DNA of 62,014 nt, filler included, from Choristocarpus tenellus KU-1152 (GCA_964200185.2; 10 parts of 10 records of this genome joined end to end with filler, not necessarily neighbours in it); one strand, 5' to 3'; positions 39,420 through 53,494 are shown, counted from the first letter of the whole stretch. The notes: generated by a model not told the origin, from the letters alone. Translations and numbers: made by a program.

Positions 39420-39760
39420 GAGCAATTCTGGTGGAGCTTCTCCTCTTCTCCCTAGTCAGAGCTCCCTCCTTGCCCCATTTTCCCTTGTGCTGGTACTGAA
39501 ACACAATGAGTGGGTGCCTGCTGGTAGAGCTTCTCCTGTCCTCTTCTTTTCCCCTCACCAAGCACAGCTCACCCAGTCCACCCCTTGTCTTCTCCATGTT
39601 ATGGGTAGTTGCTAATTAGCAGATCTTCTCCTCTTCTTTCCCCCCCGCCAGTACAGTCCCCATTATTCCTTTCCTCCTGGTGCTGCTGGAGCATAGTCGG
39701 TAGTAGCTGGGGGAGCTTCCTCCTACCTTCTTTCTCCCCCTGGCATAGCCCCCTCTGTAA
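39420..39760. repeat. ~93-95-bp degenerate tandem repeat
   Basis: GAGCTTCTCCT(C/G)T(T/C)CT core recurs at ~39434, 39527, 39622 and 39713. Confidence 0.6.
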
Positions 39761-42700
39761 CCCATGCGCAGGTCCACATGTGTAGGAGGCCTGGAGTACC
39801 CCATTTTGGAAATGGAAGGTTGGCAGTAGTCTAACAAAATGGTTGTCACAAGTTAGAGATAGACAGGAGGTGCACTCGACAGGATTATCACTCAACATGA
39901 TCGATTGTGTAACATGATGTATGTCTTAGTGCGTGAAATGTTGTAGACACAATTTTAATTCTGTAAACAAATCGCAAAGAGATTATTGCGATGTGAGGTG
40001 TCTGCAGTACCACCACAGTCTTTCTGGTTGCGTTGATTATAGTCTGTTTGGGTCCTGCAGGGATTATCTATTTTTTCCGTGCGTCTTGAGGTCCAATGGA
40101 GGGGAGAACCTACCGTCGTGTGCATATGTGATACATATATTCCCTTGACACCCTCACATTTGTTCATTTAGGATGGCAAAAATGAGTTTGAACTGCAAAA
40201 AATGTAGATTTATCTATTTAAAAAGGGGTGCAACAAACATAGAAGACATTCCATCCCGCTAGCCCGTCCACTATTTAAATGCTCCGTTCGGCTTTGCAGT
40301 GACAAACTGCCTACCATCTGTATTCCCATCTATATTAACAAGCTGTACTAAGTCGCAATATATAAGAGACCCTTAACCACAATGAATGGCTAAATGATAA
40401 ATGGCAAGCACCTCTAGGTGCCAGCAGGAATTATTTATGACCTTTCTAAACTATATTATTTTGCTGTTTCCTTCGCACAGAGAGAGAAGATATATGTCAT
40501 GTGATATGTCATTCTCCAGCCATGAAGACATCAATTGCCAACCTTGCAGAGAATTTTTGTCCGCTTTGTATCTCGTGCAACAGTGATTCGTGACAGAGAA
40601 GATCACGGCTCACAGGGGACTGTGACTGACCTGAGCAGAGCAAGGTCCTTTCTTACAAGGAGGATGCACTTCTCAACTCTCTGTAGTATGACGTGGTCAC
40701 CAGCAACAAAATTAAGGACTGGTGCAAGTTCCCAGCAGTGTCAAACGATTTGTATCTGTTGGGGTGTCTATGAAGGGAGAGTTTGTGCTCCTTAGCATCT
40801 TCACAGGGTGTGTGGAACTACTGCTGCAAGCCTGAAGGTGGCAAGGACAACAATTCTATGCAGGACAGGCAGTTGCCTGGGTGTCTGTTTAGCCAAGGAG
40901 AGGTGGGGCTGAGCGCAGGGCTGTTGAAGAGAGGACACAACAGGATTGCTGCAGATCCTTTTGTGTAACGTATTTTGATATTGTGCAGGTACCACACAGG
41001 GAACTGGACAGCAACTGGTTACACCCTTGAGACTCCCCAGTCCAGGTCCCCTATGTGCTTCCTTGGTATTATGGTTTAATTGAAAGGGTCTTGACGTGAA
41101 GAGCATGGATGGGCACAAACTGTTGTCTGATGGCATGCATGAGTTAACACTATGTCTGAGATTCGAGATATGTCTGGACCAGAACCGCTTTCTGCGTCTT
41201 TGGTGACCAGAGTAGGAGGAATTGGTTGAGTGGACAGTTAGTGCATCCATTCTTTGATCTGACCTTACCTACGTATTTCCTCTTTTTGAACAATGGAATG
41301 TGCAGGAAGAGAGCATTTGAAGAGGATGCACCTCTCTCTGTACTCTCTTGATGAAAAGAATCGAGAAATGGACTAAACTTCCAGTGAAGAGAAATTGCAA
41401 AAAAGAACTGGGTGACTCCAACACAGGAACCAAACAATTTATGCTTGAATACTCTTCCAGCTATATCAGAGGTCACTAATAGTGTACATGTAGAGTCAGA
41501 ATACAACAGATACCTGTCGGTACACTCAGAAGTGTTCCAGCATATAAATGGATAGACAGAAAAAGCATATGCGATTACAAGGCTATTGGGTCCCCACCTC
41601 CTTGGAATTAATCACTTTACAACAGCTAGCAACATGTTTGTGTCAATCAGTCCTATCTTTGCATGAGGCAGTCAATACTTTAACGCAATCAGAGAGGTGG
41701 AGATTCATATTCTTCCAATTTGTGCGGAGATTGTGAAGAAGTTAGAATGTCTGTAGGTTAGAGCTCTGTTACATGAAGTCTGCAGCCAAAAATCACTTAC
41801 GCAGTTGGTCAACATAGTGGTCTTGAAATCACATGGGAGCAATTTATTATTGTGATTTTTCTTGCTCAGGCTATGCACTTGAAGCAATGAATTGAATGAG
41901 TTTGAAAATATTTGTACATTACTGGTTTTGACCACTTTTTGAAGTGCAACTTGTCTGAACAGGCACCAGTTTGATAGTGTGTAGGTGTGTTGGTTGGGAA
42001 GGGGAGAGAGGGGAGGGGGGGCAAGGGAAGCCCAGAAAGGAGTACAAACAGAATGAATCTTAAAAGGATTGCAACCAAAACTGATCCAAATATTGGCAAC
42101 AGATAACAAAACACTTTGCACTGGCCATGACCTGCTCTAATCGGAACATCAGCCACCATCCTGAAAAAGGGTTAACACTCAGGTTTGCCGCCTCTTTTAG
42201 GGACAACCCACTTGAATAAAGATGAAAACACAAGATCACTCCACATGCAGTGGTGGGGAAACCCGACGATTAACAAATCACTGGCAAAAAATATGGGTAA
42301 GTTTTGACTTGAAGTGCCCCTGAGAGTGAGCCTGGACAATATGCACCTTACCCAACATACAATTCGGGAAACTTTACTAAATTTGCTTGAACTACACAAC
42401 GCAGAAAGTTTTATTTTTCTGCTTTATCAACCAACCTGACAACCCACACACTCTGTGCCACTCATCTATTCTTGGGTTTCAGGTAAAAAGAATCAGAAAA
42501 CCTGACACACACCTCTCACCTTACTGTTAGTGACAGAAAAATCACCAAGGAAATCACACCAAATCTCTACAAAACTCAGCCCAGAAAAAGGTTTGTACTC
42601 AGCCCTTTCCTCTCATAAACCCCCCCCCCCTCCCCTCCCCCTCCCCATTCTTGCTTTCAAAGGAGGGCACAAGAAATACACACTTACACCGCCGTACATG

Positions 42701-42769
42701 CACAAGTCCATGCACACAAATAATCTAAACACCCTCCCCAACCTCCTCCACTTCTTATCCCCACTGCCT

Positions 42770-42940
42770 TCAAGAGGTACTCGTTCCCCCCCGCCAGACC
42801 TCAAGCCAGCGTGCAACCTTCTCCACATTGGCTTCCAAGTCCTCAACGTTATTACTTTCCACCTCATGCAGGATATCCATCTGGAATGTGTCACGAGCCT
42901 CTTCTAGCACAACCTATTCAACAGTGGGTGCACGTGATGT

Positions 42941-42972
<32 letters not shown>

Positions 42973-45248
42973 ACCGCACCACATCACCCAAATAATAATA
43001 AAAATTACAGCAGGTGGGTGTGGATGGAAATGAGCGAAAGCATTTTAGAGGGTACGAGTTTTGTCCTGTTAGTCCATTTGGGGCTTGGCTTCCCTTGTTT
43101 TTTTTATGACATTTTTTCCTACTCCAAAATATTTCGGAGTAGGTAAAATGTGTAAGATATGAAAAGGTGTGTCCAGAACAAGGATATTGACACTTCCTAA
43201 CAAACACGATAGCCAAAATTACATCAAAATCGCAACATTGCATTTTGTCCCCCACGCGGCTCTACCCTCTAAGATAATGTGGATCAAATGTGTTAGGCAA
43301 AATAGAGGAATATTAAGAGGAGAGGGGATTAGAAGAAGTGGAGGCGAGGAAACGCTCTTGGAATGGTCAGAGAAACGGGTGAGGGGGTTTGGAGAAGGTC
43401 AGCACCGATCTTTCATGCAATGTACTTTTGATGTTCTTGCGTTAGTGAAAAAATTATAGATGCTCCAGTATGGATACTATGCATAGATTCATGAGGATAG
43501 AGCCCATGAGCCATCGAAAATAATAATAATAAGGCCGGAGAGGGGAGGGATAGGGGTTTGTCATGCAGTCCTTGTGACTACCCTCTAAGGAATCATACAA
43601 AAAATTACACCTGAGCAATAGTGGTCAAAGGCAGTAGGGGGTTGAGAGGGGGCAAGGGGATGGGGAAAGCCATGATAAAGGGCATGATGCGAGGGTTGGG
43701 CAAGTCCATGCCCCCAAGCCTCACCTGCATTATCTCACACTCCACATTCTCAGACACTTTGTTCTCCGCATAACCCCTGAGAGGGTAGAGGGAGGTGTAG
43801 GGTCATAGAATTGGGCAGGGTAAAGGCAGAGTAGGTGCTTCAGGAGGGTGGAGAGATGAGGTTGACTAAACAACAACAAATCATAGCTAGGTAGCCCTGA
43901 CTGTGCACTTAGTAGGCCACTCTATTGTCATAGTACCACATCGGACAGACCTCCAAGAGGGATGAAAGGGAAAAATGCTATACTACGACTCATTCTTGAA
44001 AAAAAAAATCATTAAAAAAAAGGGCAAAAATAATTAAATAGGTAGCCCACGTATTTATAAATGTGAGGGGGTGAGGAAGATCATGGTTTTGAATCAGATC
44101 TCAGCAAAGAGTTCTACATAAATCCAGATTTAACAATTTAAAAATGAATTTTAACACAAAAAAAAGCGGGTAAAATACGAGTGATGGCAACTCCGAGTTT
44201 GTACCATGCCAACATCCTGTCTCAATCCGTGATCCATTCAAAAGTCAATCATGCCAGCTTGAATTGGAGACACAGGGCCTTCAGAACAATCTTCAAAGTG
44301 CCTAAATATCGGCCCAAACATCTTTTTTGTCACTTTCTGAAGCGTAAGAATCTTCCAGACAATATTGAAAGTGGGCGAGAAAAACGATGTATCACCATCA
44401 GCTTTTCAAATCCATCTACGGTTGATGATCCTCAACATACTGAAGGCCACCAACATACTCAACTTGTTCAATTAAACGATTCGCCAGATATTTTACTGTT
44501 CTGTTTTCACACACAATATACGTATAATGACTTGTGTGACCCTGAACTGAAACTAGTGGGATCCTCGGAAGTGGTGCAAAACGACTGCACAAGCCTCAGT
44601 TGCTTCCAATTAAAATATCCTCACCGATCTCACCGATCCAGATCACAATGGTTCGAAACACAAAAATGACTCCCACCAAAATGACTCCCAGACCCAGTGA
44701 GGGGATGCGTCAGGCAACAGGCGGAAGTCAACAAAGGGCAAGATGAAGGCTCTGCACAGTTCATGTACTGCCCGGGACGCTTGAGTCATGAGACAAAGTA
44801 ACCAAAAGGGCCACTGCGATGCTAGGGCCCATCCGAATCTTTGGTGGCAAAAATATTTTTTGGAGTACAGGGTCCATACTTGTGGAGGGCGTTTTCGCTG
44901 CTTTGTGTGTCCATTCGACTTCCAGAAGCAATGTGTCCATTCCGATGGTCCATTTAATGTTTTCTTCTTCATCATACAGAGTTGAAAAACGTTCCAGACT
45001 CAAAACAGTGTAACACCCCCCCTTCTCAGTTATTTTTGACTTCGTGGCAAGCTATGGTCCTCCCTGCTGTAACACCATTCAAGCGCATCACTTATGACCT
45101 TGAAATGATATATATATATATATGTTTGAGCCACTATTGAGACACTCAACAACTGGCAGGCTTGGGGGGAAGGGGAGGGGNNNNNNNNNNCCTTGAAACA
45201 GATTATTTATATATTTTTTTGGGACACTCGTGAAAGGATCGACAATGG

Positions 45249-45284
<36 letters not shown>

Positions 45285-46723
45285 GCTTAACTTGCATAAG
45301 AGTCTTAATAGTAGAAAGTGGACATTATGTCATGCTCTTTACTCAATCTACCTTGTTCCTGCCTTTCCCCCCTCCTTTCCCCCTATCCCTTGTGATGTAT
45401 TGCAGAGCTTCCCTCTCACCTGGCAACAAGACGGTCATAGAGCACACTGGTCTCTGCCCGAAGGACCACAACCATGTCAAACCTTGATCGTACAAAGGAG
45501 GTAGTGGGGGGCAGGGCAGGGCTCTTGGATCTTGCTTATCTAACTATAGCTTGAACAGACCAGACACAAATGCTCAAAAAAGGTAGTTTTGAGGCCTGTG
45601 CTCTGTACATACCAGGAGTCTGGGAAGAATTCACAGGAATGAAAGTCGAAAACATTGCCTCCTTCCTGAATTCGATCCTCAAGAGCTTCCACCAACTGTA
45701 GGCCACATGTCAGAAAGATAAAAAGGAGAAAATAATCTAGGTCAAGAGGGGGCAGCATCTCATCTGGAACAAATTTAATGCATTAACATAGGCAGTTTGC
45801 CGACTAATATCCGGTGCAGGGGAGGATGACCAATGAAGACAAAAGTTTAGACGCCTATATTGATAGGCAAATATGAAGAGTGTGTACCACTAGAAACCAT
45901 GCAAGGCTACGGCACGAGGCCCCCGAAGATGAAAAAAAGACGAGAGGGGGGGATGGTGGTGGTCAGAGCAGCACGCACGGCAATGCAAACCACTGCGGGC
46001 TTCCTCCAACACCTGCGAATGGGGGTGGGTACATGCCCTAAATCGACAGAGCCCATACTTAATAAAACGGCTAAGGATTACCTGGCTCGTTAACAAATTC
46101 ATAGTGCCTACCTTCGATTCATTAAGCATGTAGGTGTCGAACTCCTTGTTATATCCATCATGGCACTGCTCGGCTCGAACCTAAATAACAAAGATCAGTG
46201 AGATTGCGTGATCGAAGAATTGTTTGGTTACCCCCTTCGCCGTGAACAGAAAAAATGGCCAATTGAGGGTAGACACCCTGGCACTGGCTAGTTAGAGGAC
46301 CGCATCAGCTCTGCACGCTTAAGAATGCACTAATTTTTGACAGAATCAAGTTGGAATGTGAGCGTGTGCAGCTGGTTGTTAAGACCGATTTTCTGTGATA
46401 AGGATCCTCTCCACCCCTTTTCAGCGAGTGCAACGTGTGTCCAGGAGGGAGTTCTTGGGCACTTCGATCCCTCACCACATCCCCGACATTGATGTGCCGC
46501 AGGCCCGTTCTCTCCTACAAGGGGAGAGAGAGACGAAGGAAACATTGAGAACGGAATGTCACCTCGAGCATGAATCGCCCATGAGGTTGCATTGAATGGG
46601 ATATTGATGTGTACGACTCACTGCGATGGCTTGACAGGTAGAAGTCTTCCCCGTCCCTGGTGTTCCTGTGATGAGGACATTGGGTCCTGCCTCGCCTGTA
46701 TCTGGTGCCTCCATTACGTCCAT
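42770..46723 (-). CDS. AK6: Adenylate kinase isoenzyme 6 (AK6/Fap7/CINAP), complete, 183 aa
   Basis: 7 exons: 46723-46622, 46514-46476, 46180-46112, 45695-45613, 45482-45420, 43776-43725, 42913-42770 (stop). P-loop PNVLITGTPGTGKTS; DFHSCEFFPDSWFDMVVVLR; LYDRLVARGY..KVSENVECEIMQVVLEEARD. Confidence 0.96.
43032..43285 (-). mobile_element. MITE family A copy in the last AK6 intron
   Basis: Reverse-complement copy; 4-bp TSD AAAT. Confidence 0.88.
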
Positions 46724-49484
46724 AGTTGATCACCTTCGGGCCTAGGCTGAGGACACAGCACGCTCAACACAAAGATTCCTGAGAGGAGAGCGGTGCTATT
46801 TAAAAGTAACAGGGGAGGTGGTCAAGGTACAGTAGTTGTAGTTTTGTGATTGACATAGTTGTGTATGAGTATATATATGAGTTTAGTGCTGGTCGTATGG
46901 TCACATTACATCAGATGAAATTGAGTGAACGGTCACTGTTCAGACACCCTCCCCAGAAATTCAGGAATCGTCAATGTCGTTACAACACGACATTGAGTGT
47001 CCATGGCTGTCCCATCTGTTGATAAAAATGAAAAAATATTCCTCTGATGGGCATCATCCTCAAATGCTCACCCTCTGAGTCACTCTCACACCCCTTTTCA
47101 ACGACAATTTCAATCCGACAACCTTTCCTGCCTCTGGTTTTACAGTCGGCACCCGTCTCTTTCTTTGTTCTCTTCCTTCACTCCAGACACAAACATGAAC
47201 ACAACCAGGCACACACATCACTGACCAAGAGATTGTACTCTGAACGTTGGATTCTTGTCGCTTCCGTGCGAGCTGGAATGGTTGGGTTACATCCTACTTA
47301 CATCAATCACAATGGTGAGGTCACACTTTCAAATACATAGGATAGTAGAGGATACACCCATTTAAGTTTTTGGTACGCAAATTTGAATTTTTACAGAAAA
47401 GGTTGGTGACAAAATTAGAGAAAATCTAACCTATTTTTAGAGTCGAATCCACCCAATCAGGTTAGGGGCATACACGATATACTTTACCATTCCTTGATTT
47501 CTCATTATTTCTTTCATTTGGAGTTGAATATTGTGGGGTTTTGTGTGAAGATTGATTAATGGGATTGATTGGATTTNNNNNNNNNNNNNNNNNNNNNNNN
47601 NNNNNNNNNNNNNNNNNNNNTTAATTAATTAANNNNNNNNNNNNNNNNNNNNNNNNNNNNNNNNNNNNNNNNNNNNCCTAGTGTAGTTCCCCCCCCCCTC
47701 AGATACTTTGAGCCATAACTGTTCTGAAAAATGCGTGTCATTATACATGTATTTGATAACTCAAAAATAGTAATAGATCTACTACAAAAAATAAATAAAT
47801 ATATATATATATATATATCCAATGCTGGTCCTTTTTGCTGACTTGCTGTTACATTTTCCCCCCCTCCCCTTCCCCTTCCCTTTCCCCCTTCCCCTCCCCC
47901 ACCCCTCCATCTGTTAAAGGTACGCCCCCCACGCATGTCAGTTGTTTGTCCTTTTTGTAACTCCCGGAAGTTCTCTGTGAAATATCAGGGCCCCATAAGC
48001 AAGGAGGAGATTCAGGAAAGGATGGTGAGTGCTGTGCGGCAGTGAGAACCCTAGGAAGAAAATGGGGTTGGGAAGGTTTTCTAGTGGTGGTGGCGTTGGT
48101 AGGGGGGGGGGGTAGGGGTTGGCAGGTGGGAAAGAGATGTCACCCGTTTGACCAATGATATTATGCGTATGATTATATTTGGTCGGTAAGGTTAGATAAT
48201 AAAATGTTATCATGTGTTTTTTTTTTAATGTTTGTGTTTTGGTGTTAATAAAAAAAAAACTTTTACGTGTTTACAACTTTTATTTTATTATTACCTTGTA
48301 TAGGATATGTTTGGGGAGACGGGGTGGGGGGAGGTTGGCAAGCAGTAGTTTGTTAAAAAAAATTTAAATAGCAATACTTGCTTAGAAGATATCAATGTAA
48401 AATATTAACTGAGCATTGCAACAAGATTAATAGAGGGGAGGTGATCAACCACCAAGGACATAAGTTTGGTTGCGTTGCTGGATATTTAGAACATTGGAAG
48501 GACAATGTACATCATGACATGCTAGCAGTTAAGCAAATGAATAAAGAGATAGAGCGAGTTCACGAAAAGCAAAGAGATCATAGTCAATCAATGTACATTG
48601 GTAGGCTTTGTGATAGTGCTGTCTGTGGCTTGACTGGAACGGTTTGATGATTTATAAGAAAAAATAGTTACCGTTTTTTATTTATTTTTTATTTTTTATT
48701 GTTGCAAGTGAAGTGAATGGAACCATTTTGTTTTGAGGTGCGCGTTGAATCAACTCCAAAACTTCCAGTGAAGAAGAAATGTTTTTAAAAGATCGAAACA
48801 GAATCGTTTTTGAGGGTTGGGGGCTCCCAAATTATCAGGACCTTTCACGATTTTCTGGCAACTTGGGAGTCAGCAGCCTGCAGAATACATCTCATTAATG
48901 CAGAATATATTGTTCTACATGAACTGAGGATGGCGAGAAAATAATTCCACATTCCGCGAAGAATTTTATTATTGTTCCTAATTTACTTACGGTCTTAACT
49001 AAATAGAACACGGTTTGAAATGCTTTTACGTGTGCTGCTGGATTGAGTTGAGGTTCAGGCTACACCCGAGATGTGCAATGGAAATAGAAGAGATGTGCTC
49101 AGCACGGGGAGTCAGTACAGTGCATGTCTGTGTGAGGAATGTGCTGACTAGAAGTGAAGGAAAGGGTTTGGTGGTGATACCCGATCATTCTTATTAGTTA
49201 GAAAAAAAGGAAAAATGATTCGATTCACTACCTCGCGTTAAAAAAAAAGGACATTACTTTTTTATTATTATTATTTGGTTGTAATTGTTCTAATCTAGTT
49301 ATTGTAATTATTATTATTTGGTCGAATTTTTATTATTATTATTTGGTAGTAAGAAGAGAATTGATTCGATTTGTGCAATGTAGGGATAGAAAAGGACACA
49401 GAATGTTTTTTTTTCACTTCTTAAGAATCTTCTTGGAATTGTTCTCTTTATCTTCGCTGACACAGGAAGAAGAGAATTGATTCG

Positions 49485-49522
<38 letters not shown>

Positions 49523-50641
49523 GTGACGACAGAAAAAGACGCAAGATGTTTTTTACTTTATTTTTGTTGTATTTAATTGTTCTTTTGCCTGATTTAACTG
49601 GTTGTGGTGGTATGTGGGAGTGAATGTCAATACTAGAAATTTCTTCTTATGCATTAAGAATATGTATTTTTGTGAAGACACGCAAACAATTCCTGTGTAT
49701 GTATTTGTTGCGTTGAAGTACCGATCTATTCTCACATGCACTAATTATTTCTTTCTTGGACCAAGTTCATCCATATGTCACAGTTAACCCAATGATCACC
49801 CGTTGGCGCCCAATGATTGGCCGGATTGCTTTCTCAAACCCAATGATTGGCCAGAACATCTTTGTGGTCCATTTAGTGCGGATACTGTAGTATTAAATAG
49901 ATGCAATTTTTGAGCCTAACCCTAACCCTAGCCCTAACCCCAAACCTATTGTTTGAGTCACATGTGTATGAGCTCTTCTTTGAGAAATTCTTCACGTGTT
50001 GCATAATAATAATGATAATAATAATAATAGTAATGATAATAATGATAATAATGATAATAATTTCTTGATGTATGCGAAGATTGCTTCTTTCATTTTTATT
50101 GTTCAGGTTGATGGTAGAGGCAATATATATATACTCATTCTGTCCCATGAAGTCTGTGCCTTTATGTATGTACCTCTTCGGGATGACCTCCGATTAATAA
50201 AAAAAACGGATTTTTGTGTTGGATTCCTTGAAATAATTTTACGTAAGTTGAGTTATATATTTGAAGAGCATAGGAAGGTTTGGACTGTGTTGAAACATAG
50301 GCTACTTATCTTTTGTGCTTTGGAACATAATGCTCCCTCTGTCCCATAAGGGCAACCAGTACCCCATGGGCTTAGAGGCAGGGTACCAATAATAAAGAAT
50401 CGCCTATTCCATCTAAATGGTCCCACTGTTGTGAAGGACAGTGATGACGGTATAAACTATTGAATGTATGTGTACACCTTGTGAATGTATGTATACCTTT
50501 TAAGGCCATATCAATCTGCCGATCCCCTCAATATCTGGTTGGTGGGAATCCCTGATTTGGCCTCAAGATTGTCAGCTCAATGCCCTATTTTTTTGGTGTG
50601 TTTGGTACTGTCCTTGATGGACCACCCTAACCCTAACTCAG

Positions 50642-50961
50642 GCGGAGGAGCAACACACAATTGAGGCGAAAATCCGAGCAGAGCAGGAGGAACTGTACAG
50701 GCAGGCAAAGGAGAAGACCAAACGAGATATTGACATGAAGGCTGCTGAGAACAAGCCAACTGGAGTAAACATTAATGGGACAGGTGGAATGCCATCATCC
50801 TCTAGGGAGGAAGGCATTGGTGCAGGTAGTAGTGGTGCTGGGAATGCTAGCATAGCTGCTGGTGGAGGGTTGAGGACTGGGGGAGGGAGTGGAATCGGGA
50901 GTGGGAGTGTGGGGGGCAGCAGCTTGGACAGTGGCGGACTGTTTTCCTTGTCGTCTTCAGG
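50642..50961 (+). CDS. Internal exon, probable DA2/GW2/SIP5-like RING protein (coiled segment + Gly/Ser-rich linker)
   Basis: CAG/GT-bounded exon AEEQHTIEAKIRAEQEELYRQAKEK..., resembling the EEQxVIEAKIR segment that follows the RING in DA2/SIP5. The RING exon itself is not seen. Confidence 0.5.
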
Positions 50962-52080
50962 GTGAGATGGTGCCCCCCCCTCACCTAGTATATTCATATG
51001 CATGGAGTGATGTGTGTTCACACTGGTTTCTGAATGCATGGTGGGTGTGGGCAAGGCAAGAGGTTTTGAGGTCCTGTTGGTGAGACCGTCTTCGTCCCGT
51101 ATATATATATATATATTTATTTTTCACAGAATCATCCCGTGTTGCCCGTTATGTATTGGACTGCTGTTATCGGGACGTTGGATTAGTAGTAACATCGAAA
51201 GCAGCGATGACTTTCTGGAGTATGTATTGGAGCGTGCACTGTTTTTGTGTAACTTTTTTTGTGTGTGTGTGTGTGTGTGTGTTTGCATGAGGTATACCCG
51301 GAGTTCGCAAACATTTGTATGGCATTTGTGTGTTTCTGTGTTGAACATTCATGTAGACGGTGGATTCTCGTTTGAGTGGCTCCACTCCTTAGAGGACGCG
51401 GCCCACAGTATTCAGTACAGTATACAAGCACACGGGTTTGTTTATGTTTTTGGAGGCGTTACTTACTGGCAGGCAATGGTCTCGGGTATACCGTAACCGT
51501 CCTGTGATTCAGCTTGCTGGCTCCTTTGTATTGCCATCTTTTGGTTGTCTCTGTACCAGAACTGCAGGTTGGATGTGATTTTTTTCAGAGACTGTTTCCT
51601 TGCCATTTGATCGTTGGAGGAGGATAGATACCCTTTATAGGTATACCTTTAAGAGACTTGATGTTAGTGTCTGGTGATTTAGTAAGAGTGTTTAACTGAC
51701 AAAGTGATGATTGATCACCCTAACCCTAACTAAGATTCTGATGTCGTCAAGGTGAACAATTGTTTTGTTAGTACAGTGGTGTGCTGTTTCTATAGTTATC
51801 GGTTTGTTTTTTTAATGTGTAGTTACTCTCTTGTGTCACTGACCAAACCTTAACCCTAGCTCAGTCTCTGTTTGAGGTGCAAAGTACACAGTAGTGGTTG
51901 GTGTTCGTAGAGGATGAGGCGTTTGTTTCTTTTTTTTGTTATTGGTATTAAGAACATCTCTTTTATGACCTCATGTAGGTAATGCTTTCACTGAGTACAC
52001 AATCTAGACAAGCACCTTGGAAAAAAAAAGGGGGGGGGCTTGAGTTGCCACAAGCAACCGTTGTGTATCAATGTGATAAC

Positions 52081-52115
<35 letters not shown>

Positions 52116-53046
52116 ATCCCCCAACAAACACACTCCTTTTTTCTCTACTTCCTACCCTCGCCACCCACACACCGCAAAAAAAAAAANNNNNNNNNNTTGT
52201 TTTACAATTTATACACCCCCCCCCCCCCCCCCCCGCCATACACAGATTTAGCACTATACTATATTTATGCCTCTTTGTCACTATAGCACCAGACTCAGAG
52301 ATTGCAATAGAAACATGGAATCCACCAAATAGTTTTTTTGGGTTGTTGGTGGTAGATATGGTACAGCTAAATCCAGAAACCATTATGGGTTTTTACCAAA
52401 TTGGCTTTTGTATGACAACGCTAAGGGTTGCTTACACAATTATATTGGTAGATAGTGGGAACTTTCCAGATGGAGGCATTGGCTAGCCCCCCTCAAATGA
52501 CTACTTTATTACCCCCCAACCACCCCTGTCCCNNNNNNNNNNNNNNNNNNNNNNNNNNNNNNNNNNNNNNNNNNNNTTAATTAATTAANNNNNNNNNNNN
52601 NNNNNNNNNNNNNNNNNNNNNNNNNNNNNNNNCCCCCCCTTGCCAAACCTCCCTGAGCATACGCAGTGTGTTGTGTTGTGTTGTGTTGTGTTGTGTTGTG
52701 TTGTGTTGTGTTGTGGGGGGGTGACGTTGTCCTGTTGCACAATTGTGTCCCATCACGTTAAACAATCTGTTACACAATCTGCTTGATTGTTGGCCGAAGG
52801 GCCTCCCTGTACCAACTCCGGTGCAGTGGTCCGCCGGCTCCTTCAGCATGCACACCCTCTGGATCCCGATCTTGCCGTCGAACTTAACGGATGGATCCAG
52901 GCGTGTGGAGCGGCAGCGGAGATGGATACGACCTTGGGGATGTGGCTTTCTCTTGTGCTGTGCACCTTGTCCGACCACACACCTCTCCTCTTCTCCAGGG
53001 ATCATTTCGGAGTAAGGCTTGCTTGGCGGGTGGGTGGGTGCATGCA

Positions 53047-53258
53047 GTAGAAACGTTTCCCTTTTCAAATGAGATCTACTGTTTTCGTGTTCAGAATCGT
53101 TACTAATTTTATGTTCTATAAACCTCGGGATAACGTGGCTCTGAAAATAAAAGTAGAAAACGTTTCCCTTTTCAAATGAGATCTACTATTTTCGTGTTCA
53201 GAATCGCTACTAATTTTATGTTCTATAAACCTCGGGATAACGTGACTCTGAACATAGA
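53047..53258. repeat. ~107-bp tandem duplication
   Basis: Two near-identical units starting GTAGAAACGTTTCCCTTTTCAAATGAG. Confidence 0.9.
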
Positions 53259-53494
53259 AGTCCCGGAGACATAAAAAACGGAACAGAGCTAGTGTATGTA
53301 CGTATGTACGTTGCTTATCATGTACAGCTCACCTCAAAACCACCATAACAAACAAAAACAAATAAACAAACTCTCCCCCGTACCTCATCAACAGCTACCG
53401 GTCTCACTTTCTCAAAAAAAAGAAAAAGAAAAGAGTTCTACTGTCTGTCACCCCTGACCATCTATCTCTATCTCCTCCTAATATCAGGCCCCAC

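Noticed and set aside
45405-45720. Tc1/IS630-like 'WQQDGHRAH...VWEEF' on the + strand
   Set aside because: It is the antisense reading of AK6 exons 4-5.
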